Shown one piece after another: positions 30,906-42,829 of a stretch of DNA of 64,000 nt (positions are counted from its first letter, which is position 1; each line of letters opens with the position of its first letter). Source of the DNA: an uncultured delta proteobacterium (GTDB taxonomy: Bacteria > Desulfobacterota > Binatia > UBA9968); NCBI GenBank assembly GCA_963840855.1, contig CAWJBB010000039.1, positions 1-64,000 of the forward strand, read 5' to 3'. The notes beneath the pieces are model-generated. The model saw only the letters and a program-made list of their open reading frames with translations. It was not told where the DNA came from and did not search any database. Made by a program: the position numbers and the translations under genes.

Positions 30906-32081
30906 TTATTTTTTACATAGCGCTAAACTCAAAATCTTAACGACATAGTCTTGTTGATCCGCTGTCAAACCAATACACAGCGGCAAACGAATTAATCTTT
31001 CCGCCACTGAATCAGTAATAGAAAGATCACCACTTTCTCTACCATATTTCTTTCCAGCTGGAGACGAGTGGAGTGGCACATAGTGAAATACAGCGTCGAT
31101 CCCGTTATTTTTCAAAAAATCAAGAACTGCTTGGCGGTCAATTCCAGGCGAGAGAAGAATATAGTACATATGTGCGTTGTGTTGACAGTCGATCGGCACA
31201 ATCGGACGACGCAGACTACCTTGGTTTTCTAAGGGTTCCAAAAGATCGTGATATCGATACCAATTCTTCAATCGCTTTTGAATGATCCCGTCCGCCTCCT
31301 CAAGCTGGGCCCATAGGAAAGCAGCGCTCAATTCTCCTAGCAAGAACGACGATCCCACTTCTTGCCAAGTGTATTTGTCCACTTCGCCGCGAAAAAAGCT
31401 GCTGCGGTCGGTACCTTTCTCGCGGATGATTTCGGCGCGTAACGCCAGTTCCGGATCGTTGACAAGTAGGCTGCCGCCTTCGCCGCAAATTACGTTCTTC
31501 GTTTCATGGAAGCTGTGCGCTCCCATATGACCGATTCTCCCAAGCGGACGGTTCTTATAGGTGGACATGATGCCCTGGGCGGCGTCCTCGACAACTTTCA
31601 AATTCCGGCGGCTGGCTATCGTCATGATCGTATCCATCTCGCATGCCACACCCGCGTAATGCACCGGCACGATGGCGCGCGTGCGCGACGTAATAGCAGA
31701 CTCGATCAAACGCTCATCCAGATTGAGTGTGTCAGCCCGCACGTCGACAAATACTGGCACTGCGCCCCGTAGTACGAAGGCATTGGCCGTAGAGACGAAA
31801 GTGTACGATGGCATGATGACTTCGTCGCCCGCCTCGATGTCCAGCAGCAGCGCAGCCAGCTCGAGCGCTGCGGTGCAGGAATGGGTCAAGAGCGCCTTAG
31901 CGCACCCGCTTCGTTGTTCAAGCCATGCATGGCAGCGTTTGGTGAAAGGCCCATCACCTGCAAGGATACCGTTTGAATGGGCCTCGGCGATATAGTCGAG
32001 TTCCTTGCCCGTCAGATAGGGCCAGTTGAACGGGATCCTCTCCGTTTTTATGTTATTGGAAGCATCTTCCGGACACCGCAC
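30906..32081 (-). CDS. wecE: dTDP-4-amino-4,6-dideoxygalactose transaminase
   Basis: IPFNWP, GDGPFTKRC, SCTAALE, EDAAQ, SFHETKN, EKGTDRS.FFRGEVDKYTW. Confidence 0.92.
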   Translation of the reverse strand: MRCPEDASNNIKTERIPFNWPYLTGKELDYIAEAHSNGILAGDGPFTKRCHAWLEQRSGCAKALLTHSCTAALELAALLLDIEAGDEVIMPSYTFVSTANAFVLRGAVPVFVDVRADTLNLDERLIESAITSRTRAIVPVHYAGVACEMDTIMTIASRRNLKVVEDAAQGIMSTYKNRPLGRIGHMGAHSFHETKNVICGEGGSLLVNDPELALRAEIIREKGTDRSSFFRGEVDKYTWQEVGSSFLLGELSAAFLWAQLEEADGIIQKRLKNWYRYHDLLEPLENQGSLRRPIVPIDCQHNAHMYYILLSPGIDRQAVLDFLKNNGIDAVFHYVPLHSSPAGKKYGRESGDLSITDSVAERLIRLPLCIGLTADQQDYVVKILSLALCKK

Positions 32082-32345
32082 TTGGAGCCCCGTTATTTTG
32101 TCGGATAAAATAGTTCACATACCGGAGGTTTATATCACAATCGTTAAGGCTTTGTCTGTCAGTCGGGCAAACCCTTTGATCAAGTAAGATCTGCCTGCCA
32201 ATAGCCTGTACATAGATATAATCAACCGAGAGCCATCCCAGTGGAAAATTCACGCGCCTTCAAATCATGGCAACGTCGACACCTATCATTTCTCTAATAG
32301 AGAGTTGTGGAGGATGCACTACGCATCATCCGAAAACCTGCGGGT

Positions 32346-34541
32346 TCACCGCGAACCGCATGACGAATTGAGCACGTTGGCAATATCATATACAGAAACG
32401 TGGTTTGACCTAAATGATTCTGGAAAGCGGCCTGAATTCGCCGTGCTGGACATGTCATAGGTGACCAGCCACGTAATACCACGTTTGGCAAGCATTCGAA
32501 ACGATCCGCAGTTGTGATTTTTGAAATCAATCGCGTTTAAGAATTCCATTCGTTCATCAGCGACGAAGGCGCGTTGTGTGCTGTGCAATTTTTGCATCGC
32601 ATATTGGGCCAAAAAGATGGGTGTGTCAGCAAGGCTGGCAAATATTGTTCCCCGATCCGAAGAAGCGGATGTTGGCTCCGTCGGTAGAAGAGCTGCCACG
32701 TCCGTGGGTCCTCTCCTTTCGCGGACATAGAGTGCTGCTAACACTAAGTCCTTGTCTACTGCAGTGCCATAAAACTCTCTGCTCCATCCAAAAGTAGGGA
32801 TCCGTGGCGGTGTGTAGCCGATAAAAATGACGCCGACTGCAGCTCCGATGAAAGCAGTTAGCGCTAGCTTTGAAAATGCGGCGTGACTCTTAAGACGCTC
32901 TGAACCAATGCGGCTTATGAAAACGACGGTCCATACCAAAAACACGACATATAAAAGTGGAAATGAACGGTGCTTAAACTCTGTAAAGTCTCCCCATGGA
33001 GTCGACGGTGTTATCAGAATCATTCCAATAAATGAAAGGATCAAAAAAACCGGGAAAGTTCCAAAACAATCTAGGCGAGAGCGAGTTTTAGATAAGCATG
33101 ACATTGCAGGGTAGATTAAGATCAGCGAACCCAAAGCCACGACCGGCACGAAAATTACTCCCAACATCGTAGCTACAAACGGCGGAGCGTTTATGGCTAT
33201 CCATTTTGCCAAATCCGAATAACCGGTGGGCTCTTGGTTGAAGTGAACGAACCTCACAAAATCCGCAGCGTGGGAATAATTAAGCCAGCTTTCTTGTGCA
33301 GGTGGCATCCATAACAGGACGAAGATCGAGATCACAGTTAATCCGCTCATCATAAGAACCAAGCTCAGACGATATTGTTTCAAGGATTGGTTTTCAAAGA
33401 CCATAGTCGCCAACAGAGCAGGCAAATACAGGAGAAAGATGTGGACTCGAAAAAAAAGAACTGCGATGGTTGTTGCTAGTGCCAAAAATAGAGCAGAACG
33501 ACTTCCTTTTGTACGCCATATATACAAAAGCGAGCACGTAGCTAGCACGATACCCAGCGCGTAACCCGTCCCCGGGGAGGTTAACAAAAGCCAATGGAAG
33601 CTAAAAAACCCATTTTTAAAGCCGTAAGTAGAAGCATCGGGAAGAAAAAGCACTAAAAAAGCGCACAGAACTCCAGTGGTTCTTGAAACTAGTAATGCAC
33701 CCCAAATGTATACCCCGCAAACCATAACAAATATGCCGTAGGGCGTGAGAAAAGCCTTGGCTAAACCTAGCGGTGGCACGTCAACGAACCCGGCGAGGAT
33801 AGAACACACGCCTAAGTATGCGTAGTGGTAAAAAGGTATGGATTCACCGGCAAGGAGTACCGAGCCCGTACCAGCGGAGAAAACGCTACCAAGTTGGGAA
33901 ATTTCTGTGGCATGAATATAGTAGTCGGTCCAGGCGTGCAAAGTATATGCAGTCTTGAGTACTGGAAGCGTGCGCGCTACATCAGCCGACCATGAAGCCA
34001 CGATGGCAAATAGGAGAGGGGGAATGCATAAATCGACAATGCCGTCGCTGGCTGCGATCTCTTTCGGTTCATTCACGAAAAATCTGTTAATACAAAAAAA
34101 ACAGATGATAGCCAACGGGGTATAAACCTTGACTACTGTGAGTGCCGGGGTCTTAAAAAGGATCCCCGATGCCGCTACTAGACTGACCAATACAGTCCCG
34201 AGTATCAATGTGAGTGGGATGCGCGTTGAAGTGTTAGGCAACTTAAAGAGCCTAAAAACCATCTCACCTGTTATCCACAAGACTAATCCTACTAAGAAAA
34301 TGTTTACCGCTGAACGCCAATTAATTTCCCCACCGGCAGTAAGAAGTAAGTAAAGTACAAACGAAGTAAAACTTAGGGCGCTAACAAGCCCTTCAAATAT
34401 TTGTACTCTTGAAATGAGTCTTGAGGCGATTAGCGACGACATGATCTTCTTTTTAATAACAGTTTGATCGGGAGTCCATGGGTGGAAAACTGAAAGCGGT
34501 TCTCTTTGTAAACGAGGCGGCAGCAGGTTCATACATAACAC
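32346..34541 (-). CDS. Large polytopic membrane protein, possible GT-C
   Basis: More than 12 hydrophobic segments, WTDY.IH and FYHY loop motifs; AT-rich; start uncertain. Confidence 0.6.
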   Translation of the reverse strand: MLCMNLLPPRLQREPLSVFHPWTPDQTVIKKKIMSSLIASRLISRVQIFEGLVSALSFTSFVLYLLLTAGGEINWRSAVNIFLVGLVLWITGEMVFRLFKLPNTSTRIPLTLILGTVLVSLVAASGILFKTPALTVVKVYTPLAIICFFCINRFFVNEPKEIAASDGIVDLCIPPLLFAIVASWSADVARTLPVLKTAYTLHAWTDYYIHATEISQLGSVFSAGTGSVLLAGESIPFYHYAYLGVCSILAGFVDVPPLGLAKAFLTPYGIFVMVCGVYIWGALLVSRTTGVLCAFLVLFLPDASTYGFKNGFFSFHWLLLTSPGTGYALGIVLATCSLLYIWRTKGSRSALFLALATTIAVLFFRVHIFLLYLPALLATMVFENQSLKQYRLSLVLMMSGLTVISIFVLLWMPPAQESWLNYSHAADFVRFVHFNQEPTGYSDLAKWIAINAPPFVATMLGVIFVPVVALGSLILIYPAMSCLSKTRSRLDCFGTFPVFLILSFIGMILITPSTPWGDFTEFKHRSFPLLYVVFLVWTVVFISRIGSERLKSHAAFSKLALTAFIGAAVGVIFIGYTPPRIPTFGWSREFYGTAVDKDLVLAALYVRERRGPTDVAALLPTEPTSASSDRGTIFASLADTPIFLAQYAMQKLHSTQRAFVADERMEFLNAIDFKNHNCGSFRMLAKRGITWLVTYDMSSTANSGRFPESFRSNHVSVYDIANVLNSSCGSR

Positions 34542-35030
34542 TCTTTACCATCTTCACTGCGTCCGTTCCCGAGCCGACTGATTTGCGTTGTCGAACTCAT
34601 CAACTCTAAACGCAACTAACCTAACGTGCCAATCGAGGCTTTTCGCTGGGTTGGTAAGAACGACACCGCCAAGCTTGATTCACCAGGAATCGGTGCTTAA
34701 GAAGGTTTAACCCTTATGGCTCGTAGGGCTTAAACAGCCATGCGGTGGATCCACGGATAACTGCGCTATGGTTCTTGTCTTCAGTCTTCAGAATTCACCC
34801 TTGCCCAATTAATCCTAACAAAGCACGAGTGTAAAATAGTTGGATGGGTGCTGTTCGATTGTCTATTGCGGTTTTAGAGTCACGGAGACTAACGAACAGG
34901 CATGGCGTTTCTTCGGCCTCAGTCAGTTGACACAGTGGCCTCAAAACCTAACCATAGGGCAAACATTGCGCTGATCGCATTGATCTCTTCAGTTGAGATG
35001 AATAGCTTCACATAGCGTTATCAAGAACGT

Positions 35031-37092
35031 TCACCACAAAATCGCCATGAATAGTTGAATTCCGTGGTTTGCGCTTTGAAGCGGTACGTCCTGAGCCAGT
35101 CCGCCCCAAACCACTGTCGTCTGTCCTCCATCAGAGGAGCGCAAGATAAACCATACGCCATTGCGGTACACTGCTAGATCAGTTCTTCCGTCCCTATCAT
35201 AGTCCGCTGGCACCGGCATGTCCTGTGGCAGGCCGCCCCAACCTGTTACGGTAAAACCACCGTCTGAGGACCGTATGATAAACCACGTCCCGGCTCGGTA
35301 CACCGCCACGTCTGCCTTCCCGTCCCCATCGTAGTCTCCTGGCACCACGATGTCCTGCGGTAACCCGCCCCAGCCCACCGCCGTCTGTAGACCGTCGAAA
35401 GACCGTCGTATGAGCCACAAACCGCCTCGATAGATCGCTATGTCCGCTCTTCCGTCCCCATCATAGTCCGCCGGCACCGGTTTGTCCTGGGCCAATCCTC
35501 CCCAACCTGTTACGGTAAAACCACTGTCCGAGGATCGTATGATAAACCAGGTCCCATTCCGATAGACCACCACATCTGCCCTCCCGTCCCCATCGTAGTC
35601 TCCTGGCACGGGTATGTCCGTCAAAAGTCCTCCCCAGCTTGTCACTGTCACTCCTCCATCCGAAGAACGGATGATATACCAGGCCCCATCCCGATACACC
35701 GCAATGTCCACCTCACCATCCCCATCATAGTCTGCGGGCACAGGAATATCCTGCGGCAATCCTCCCCAACCCGCCACTGTCACCCCTCCATCCGAAGAGC
35801 GAAGGATAAACCAGGCACCGTCGCGGTAGACTGTAATATCACTCCCTGCATCACCATCAAAATCAACGGGAATTGGCTGACCCGAGATTACGAAGATCTT
35901 GCCCAGACCGAACGAAAGGACGTAAAGCAAACCATCCGGCCCAACTTTGAGATCTGTGATCCCACCAAATCCTGTGCCCAACAGAACTTCTTGAAACTCC
36001 GCGTTGCTATCGGCCACCAAATCTGACAGTTCCAAGCTGGCAAAATCAAAACCGTTCCGCGTCGCGTTGACCCGAAACCGATACAAGTTCCCGTTAATTA
36101 TGTCTCCCACAAACACATCATTTCGGTACTCTGCACCTAACCTTGCAGAGTTCATAAACGCGATTGCGGTTGGTCCCACGGGATTTAACCACGAAAACTT
36201 CGGGTCATGCATAGTGAGACCCGGGAAAGAAAACCAAATTTCCAAGACCTTCCGGGTCACGGCTGTCTGGGCCCATGATCTGTTCCCATCCGCTATTGAA
36301 GCCTGGCAGAACGACGTTGATCTCATCGTAACTGTTCGGACCGTTCTCGGTATCCCAAAGTTCGCCGGTGACTGGATCAAAGGCCAGGCCAAAACTGTTT
36401 CGAACCCCATAGGCATAATATCTTGCTAGATTTCCGCCCAGGGAAAAGAATGGGTTATCGCTTGGCGCGCTGCCATCGTCATTGACCCGAAAAATCACAC
36501 CGGTGTTGTCTGGTGCCGGACCACCTGAAAAGTTTTGCAACTGGCCATTTCGGTTCAATTCACCGATCACAACATACAGCTTGCCATCAGGGCCAAAGGT
36601 CATCGTTCCACCGTTATGGTTCGGGCCAGGCGTTACGGGCAAATCCAAAATCAAACTCGGACTGACCAAAGCGCTCCCATTCCACGAATAGCGATAGAGG
36701 CGGTTTGCCAGCGCAGCGGCAGAGCCGGACGTATCGTTGGAGGTGTCGCTCTGGGTGAAGTAGAGGTAGACAAATGGTGCGGATGGGAAGTTTGGATGTA
36801 TAGCAATACCCAGAAGTCCTCGCTCCGAAGCGTTATTGACGGCTACATCTAATACATGACCGGGCTGAAGCACCCCGTTGATGACCCGCCGAACCCTCCC
36901 GTCTGCCTTCTGTAAGACGAGGATGTCGCCAAGACCGATAAATGCCATTGCCGTGGGTTGACTCAACCCGGAAACTAATTCCTTAAGATGAAGTTTAGGG
37001 TCTTTCAGAGACTGTGCTCCTAAAAGAATGGAGCTGGCCACAAAGAACAAGATGCCGATAAGCGATGAGATAACTAACCTACTTGGTTTCAT
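35031..37092 (-). CDS. Secreted PQQ-dependent sugar dehydrogenase (GSDH/sorbosone type) with 6 FG-GAP-like repeats; frameshift at ~36207
   Basis: ERGLLGIAIHP, HNGG..FGPDGKLY, YGVRNSFG, ENGP..DEIN; removing one T gives SHYADPKFSW. Confidence 0.88.
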
Positions 37093-37367
37093 GAGAACGC
37101 CAAATCCAGAGGAGCACGCAACTATCTCTAACAAGTCAGCTACCGCTCTCCCGCCACTCCTACGCCGCCAGCTATCCCAAACCCCACACAGATACAGAAC
37201 ACCACGACTAAAATGCACCTCAGCTGCAATTCTTGGCTGGAAAACAAGAAGAATTCTCCTATCAATTAGACCGCCGCTTTCAAGACTTTCGAGGAAGGAA
37301 ATGGAGGTTATTGGGTTCACGATTTCCTATCTGCTGCGATAACCACAAATCTCATTTTGAATAAAGC

Positions 37368-38138
37368 TTACGTAGCGCATAATAGCGCATGGTACCGGTC
37401 GATAGCCTCGTCGGTCTTTCCCAGAAAAACTACCGAACCAGAATCCAATACGCAGGCCCGATCACAAATTCTTTTTACGTCCTCCGGGGCGTGCGAAACG
37501 AACACAATGGTTTTCCCGGCACTGCGAAACTGCTCCATCCGCGCCATACATTTCCTTTGAAAGGCCTCATCTCCCACCGCTAAAATTTCATCTACGAGAA
37601 GAATATTAGGATCCAGATTGACAGCGAGAGCGAAACCCAGTCGGGCCTGCATCCCGGACGAGTAGTTCTTTACAGACGTGTCCATGAAGCTGTGGAGCTC
37701 AGAAAATGCGACGACTTCGGGGTAAATTTTATCTATCTCCTTGCGGTTAAGACCATAGATCGATGCTCCTAAATAGATGTTTTCCTCCCCGGTTAATTCG
37801 GGATGAAAGCCAACACCTAGTTCGATCATGGTACCCACCCGAGCATTGGATAAACGCACCTGCCCAGAAGTCGGTGGATAGATTCCCGCGATGATTTTCA
37901 AGAGCGTGCTCTTCCCCGAACCATTTCTCCCGATGACACCGAGGGCTTCCCCCGGGCGTATCTCAAAAGTCACTCCCTTCAACGCCCAAAGGGTTTCTCG
38001 CTCTTCGCGAAAACGCTTATGAAAAATCCCGATAACCTGCGACTTCAATGAATTATTTCGGTTATGCCGGATAATAAAGGCCTTTGAGACATTGGTGATT
38101 TCAATTCCCGTCGACAAGGAATTAAACCTCTTCCGCAA
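37368..38138 (-). CDS. wzt: Polysaccharide ABC exporter ATPase, short form without C-terminal domain
   Basis: GRNGSGKST, YSSGMQARLGF, LVDEILAVGD.AFQ.KC, VSH. Confidence 0.92.
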   Translation of the reverse strand: MRKRFNSLSTGIEITNVSKAFIIRHNRNNSLKSQVIGIFHKRFREERETLWALKGVTFEIRPGEALGVIGRNGSGKSTLLKIIAGIYPPTSGQVRLSNARVGTMIELGVGFHPELTGEENIYLGASIYGLNRKEIDKIYPEVVAFSELHSFMDTSVKNYSSGMQARLGFALAVNLDPNILLVDEILAVGDEAFQRKCMARMEQFRSAGKTIVFVSHAPEDVKRICDRACVLDSGSVVFLGKTDEAIDRYHALLCAT

Positions 38139-38889
38139 ATCGGGTTTTCAGACGCACGAAAAGGGCATAGCCCGTTACAACCATCAAAACAGTCAGCATT
38201 GTGAGGACTGCAACTTCTTGAAAGGAAGGAAAAGAATTGTGGTAAAGCACCTTCTGATACCCCAGCGTGAAAAACGAAATAGGATTCAAGTAAATCACCG
38301 ATTGCAGAGCCGAGGTTATCGATCGTATGTCATAAATAATCGGGGTAAGCCAAAAAAGCAGCATCAATAGGATCTCCGTGAAATGGCGCACATCTCTATA
38401 AAATACCGTTGCGGCAGCAACGACAAAGCACGCCCCCAGGGTAAAAAGCACGTGAAGCGCTAAAATCGGGAAAAAAGCCAACCAGGACCACGAGGGTAAG
38501 ACCCCAAAAAAAACAAACGCCAAGGGAAAAAGCACGACGAGAGCGAGGAGATACTGAGCCAAGTTAAACAACACGGTTGCCACGGGGAAAACTTCCATTG
38601 GAACCGCGACCTTTCTGATCAAGTTACTGTTATCAAGAATAGCTCCCGTCGACATCATCAAAGATTGCGCAAAAAAATTCCACGCCAGGATGCCGATCAT
38701 GAGGAAATAAGTAAACCGCTCTACACCAACCCGTATTAGATGGCCAAAGACGAAGCTATAAACAGAAATAACCAAGACGGGATTCGCCAGCGACCAGAGA
38801 AACCCGAAAGTGGAGTCTCGGTATTTAAGCTTTAATTCCTTGAAGACCAAGTTGCGAATCAACTCACGATATCGAAAAAGAGAGTTCAT
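38122..38889 (-). CDS. wzm: Polysaccharide ABC exporter permease
   Basis: LKLKYRDS.FGFLWSLANP, YRDV, TPIIY, LNP. Confidence 0.92.
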   Translation of the reverse strand: MNSLFRYRELIRNLVFKELKLKYRDSTFGFLWSLANPVLVISVYSFVFGHLIRVGVERFTYFLMIGILAWNFFAQSLMMSTGAILDNSNLIRKVAVPMEVFPVATVLFNLAQYLLALVVLFPLAFVFFGVLPSWSWLAFFPILALHVLFTLGACFVVAAATVFYRDVRHFTEILLMLLFWLTPIIYDIRSITSALQSVIYLNPISFFTLGYQKVLYHNSFPSFQEVAVLTMLTVLMVVTGYALFVRLKTRFAEEV

Positions 38890-39001
38890 GTCTCGTCACC
38901 CGGCACTGCTAGTCTCGATGAAACGGTCATGGCAACCGGTTTAATCTTTAACCGCCGGCTGCCTGCGCGACTCAAAAGGAAAAATTGTGAAGGGAAGCCA
39001 C

Positions 39002-39222
39002 TAAGGAGTTCATCGGTTGGTAGACATACGACAACCAAGGGGCGAGTCGAGCGCGGGCACCCGAACTTAAAACAAGCGTTCAGGCGCCGGCCGTCGCAAT
39101 AACCACGCCCGGAGTGAATCGAGAGGTGGGCCGATAAGGCTCAGATCTATCGCCCGCGCTTGGACGGGCTTGTCCCTTGGATTTTGGGGAACCAAAGTTG
39201 TCTAGATCTTATGAACTCCTTA
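39002..39222. mobile_element. 221-bp MITE-like element
   Basis: Perfect 12-bp terminal IR TAAGGAGTTCAT / ATGAACTCCTTA, plus an inner TAGACA/TGTCTA pair. Confidence 0.6.
39035..39180 (+). ncRNA. Candidate multibranch structured RNA (IS110 bridge-RNA-like)
   Basis: About 24-bp closing stem whose four non-WC pairs are all G-U on the + strand; three internal hairpins. Confidence 0.5.
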
Positions 39223-39762
39223 ATAATTCTTAGCAGGCTGCTGAACCCTCCGTTCACCTTCGAATATCTCAGTATGATAGGAGGAGCGGTTGAAATGATT
39301 GAATTTCCTCTCTTCACGCTGAGACCCTCAACGCACGAGAGCCATTTTTCAGCAGCTCCCCGGGAGAGTCATGTTTGAGCCTCTCTTAAAACAATATCGG
39401 AACTTCAATTGCGTATGGTCCTCTACTCTTTTGCATAAACTTGTGGCCAACACAAGAGCGATGCATCTGGCTTATCCGGAGATCGCTGGTAAACAGTAAA
39501 CACTTGGTACGCAAACATCGCGCTCCAGACGTTTTGGTGCTCGTACGACGAAGGCGCCCCGATTAAATACGAAACCTCGCCGTCCCTTCCAATGAAACCG
39601 ATCAAAGCATCCGCCATCCTCTTTAAAGCAGGGTGCCAATCCGAGAGTCACAATAGACCACGGTTTTCATAGAAGCATCCTGCGCGAAGCGCTTGGGCTA
39701 CAACGTCCGAGCGCGTGTTAGGTAATGTCAACCATCAGACGATAAGTTAGATTTCTGATACG

Positions 39763-41707
39763 TTAGTTGATCGGCACATTCCCAGCCGTACCCCAACCCA
39801 CGAACTGACTGCCTCCGCTCGAATTCAAGATAAACCAGGCCCCGTCTCTAAACACCGCCACGTCCGTCTTGCCATCCCCGTCATAGTCGGCTGGCACTGG
39901 TATATCCTGCGCCGCTCCACCCCAACCCACTGCCTGTATCCCCCCGCTCGAATTGTTGATAAACCAGACCCCGTCTCTATACACCGCTACATCCGTCTTA
40001 CCATCCCCGTCATAGTCCCCGGGCACCGGCACATCTCCTGCCGTACCCCAACCCACGAACTGACTGCCTCCGCTCGAATTCAAGATAAACCAGACACCGT
40101 CACGGAAGACCGCTACATCCGTCTTACCATCCCCGTCATAGTCCGCCGGCACCGGTTTATCCTGTGCCACTCCGCCCCAACCCACTACCTGTCACTCCCG
40201 CCGCTCGAATTGTATGATAAACCAGATCCCGTCTGCGATACACCGCTACATCCGTCTTACCATCCCCGTCATAGTCCCCGGGCACCGGCACATCTCCTGC
40301 CGTACCCCAACCCACGAACTGACTGCCTCCGCTCGAATTCAAGATAAACCAGACACCGTCACGGAAGACCGCTACATCACTCTTCCCATCCCCATCGTAG
40401 TCAGCTTGCACTGGAACGTCTTGGGCTGCTCCGCCCCATCCGACCACCGTGACTTCCGCCATTTGAGTTCAGAATGAACCATGCGCCGTTGCGGTATACC
40501 CCTACGTCGCTTTTGGCGTCACCGTCAAAATCCACCGGAACTGCTCCAGTAATTGGCGTGTATAACTCCGCGGACGCCAGTTCTACCCCCGCGGCGTTAA
40601 CGCCGCCGGCGAAGAGAGCTTGCCCGTTTGGCAGGTTTGTCGCGGATGGTTCCTCCCTGGCCGTGGCAAGACTTCCCGTGGCGGAAAATGTCCCGGTCAA
40701 GTGATTGAATAGCTCCGCTGTAGCGGTCACAGAACTGGCTGAACTTGAAGTCCGCCCCCCAGCGCTTAGAACCTGCCCATTAGCCAATAACAACGCCCGG
40801 CTTCCAATGCGTCCCGTCAGCGGGTTACCCGTTGCCGAAAAAATGCCCGTGGCGGGATCGTAGATTTCCGCGGACGCGATCGGGTTGTTAGCCCCATCGT
40901 CACCGCCTAAGACCAGGACTTTGCCGTTCGGCAGCCCGATTAGGAATGGACGGTTGCGCGCCGCCAGCATATTGCCCGTCGCGGCAAAGGTGTTCGTGGT
41001 CGGGTCATATAATTCCGCTGTATTGAGAACCGTATTACCGGCGCCGCCGATGCCGCCGACGATCAGCACTCGGCCATCCGGCAAGAGTGTTTGCAGATGA
41101 CTACGCCGGCTACTGACCATAGTTCCGGCAGTAAAGGTAAAGGTCCCCGCCGCAGGATCGTAGAGCTCGGCATTATTGAGAGTACCGTTGCTGGTGTCTG
41201 TCGTCCCGCCCTGGCCGCCGGTAATCAAGACGTTTCCATTAGCCAGGGTCGTGGCGCGGTGTAAACGGCGAAATCGCTGCATGCTGCCCGTGGCCGAGAA
41301 GGTCCCCGATCACCGGATCGAACAACTCCGCCGTATTGAGCACGTTGGTGGACGCATTGGGGCGCCCGCCGGTGACCAGGACCTTTCCCGTCAACAACAC
41401 CACGTTTCTATGTTGCCACCGGGCGGTCGACATGCTTCCCGTCGAGGAAAACGTGCCGGTGGTGTGATCGTACAGTTCCGCTGACGCCAGTGGATTACCC
41501 GCGTTATTGAGTCCGCCGCTCATCAGCACTCTGCCGTCGGCGAGCAAGTTCTGGTGATGATTGCTTCGGGCCGTGATCATGTTTCCGGTCGACTGCCAAG
41601 TCCCGGAAGCGCTGGCGTCGTTACTGAACCAGGGTCCACCCTAGGCATCCGAACAGCGCTATAAACGCTATACGAAACAATAATTTAGAAGACTTAATCG
41701 GTCGCAT
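39763..41707 (-). CDS. Secreted kelch-repeat protein with 6 FG-GAP-like repeats; several frameshifts
   Basis: AAGGAG RBS with ATG 41707; repeats H..TLL.DGRVL..GG...SAELYDP; ends VPIN*; breaks near 41640, 41310, 40455, 40220. Confidence 0.85.
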
Positions 41708-41823
41708 ATATATACACTCCTTTTAGTTAGCGGCAACACGTTTGGCCGTTATAAACAAACTAACGTTTTATAATATGCGGGGACGATCATGTCTACATAC
41801 CCAAATGGATAGTAGACCTTCGG

Positions 41824-42627
41824 CTATCTTGACGTGAAGGTGAAAGTCGGGGGGTCCGGGCTACCCGTAACAGTGGTCGCGATCAAACGCGCAAGCTCAA
41901 GACGCGTCGACAGATTGAATTTTCGAAACATGGCGCCTAGATGGGCTTTGACGGCGGCCTCGCTGATATTGAGCCGGTTGGCGATGTCTTTGTTGCGGGC
42001 GGCTTCAACCACCAAAGCCGCTATCTGCCGCTGGCGGGGGCTCAATTTGTCGAGGCTCATTCTTGCCTCGGGAGGAGGCTTTCTATGATTGTCGGCGGAA
42101 ACCACTTTGTCGATCAGCTCGGAAATGATTTGTCGCCCGGCCCAAAACTCACCGCGAGTAACCGCCTTAATCGCTTTCTGGAGCAGAGTACCGCTGATAC
42201 TGTGGCTGCAGTATCCCTTGGCGCCGGCCTTTAGAATAGCGATCCCCTCGTTCGAGCTATGCGCCCCGGACAGGACTATGACTTTGGTTGCCGGGCTCAA
42301 CCGTTGGATGCTCGGCAATTCTCTAGCCGGACGAAGACGAGGTAAGCCGACGTCGAGAAGAAGCACGCCTGGTTTAAGGCCGCACAAAGACTCTTCAAGC
42401 GCTGATTTCTCGGTGACTACGCACGAAACGTATTTGCCACGCAGCGCACGGGTCAAGCGCATCGCGAGCTTTGGGTTGTTGCTGGCAATCAGGATCATCG
42501 AATTTCGGCCAAGGGGGAATTTCCGCGACAGCTCAACGTCAACTTGAAACAGGAAAACCAAGGCCGACGGACGCTCTCCCGTTAGGGATTTTGTGTAGTG
42601 GCCGATGACCGAAGTCTCGACGTCCAT
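41824..42627 (-). CDS. Orphan NarL/LuxR-family response regulator
   Basis: LLLDVGLP, AGAKGY, LSPRQRQIA..NKDIA.RLNISEAAVKAHL; true start probably near 42498. Confidence 0.88.
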   Translation of the reverse strand: MDVETSVIGHYTKSLTGERPSALVFLFQVDVELSRKFPLGRNSMILIASNNPKLAMRLTRALRGKYVSCVVTEKSALEESLCGLKPGVLLLDVGLPRLRPARELPSIQRLSPATKVIVLSGAHSSNEGIAILKAGAKGYCSHSISGTLLQKAIKAVTRGEFWAGRQIISELIDKVVSADNHRKPPPEARMSLDKLSPRQRQIAALVVEAARNKDIANRLNISEAAVKAHLGAMFRKFNLSTRLELARLIATTVTGSPDPPTFTFTSR

Positions 42628-42829
42628 TGAGGACGCCTTGGATAAGGCATTTTAACAGCAACCAGTGGCAGAAGCTATCAGTCCACTATAAGAGCGCAGC
42701 GCCACGCATTGGTTCTTTATGCGATACTGGTCAAATAAACGATCGGAATAAGCCCCTGGGTGGTTTGACTTGGAAATCTCGAATGGATCCTTTGTCTCTC
42801 CTCGTCCTTTTCCCTTGTTGGCATCACGG

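Noticed and set aside
34950-35000. GGGCAAAC as a c-di-GMP-I riboswitch
   Set aside because: Lacks the GNRA loop and GACGCAAAG elements and faces away from the adjacent genes.
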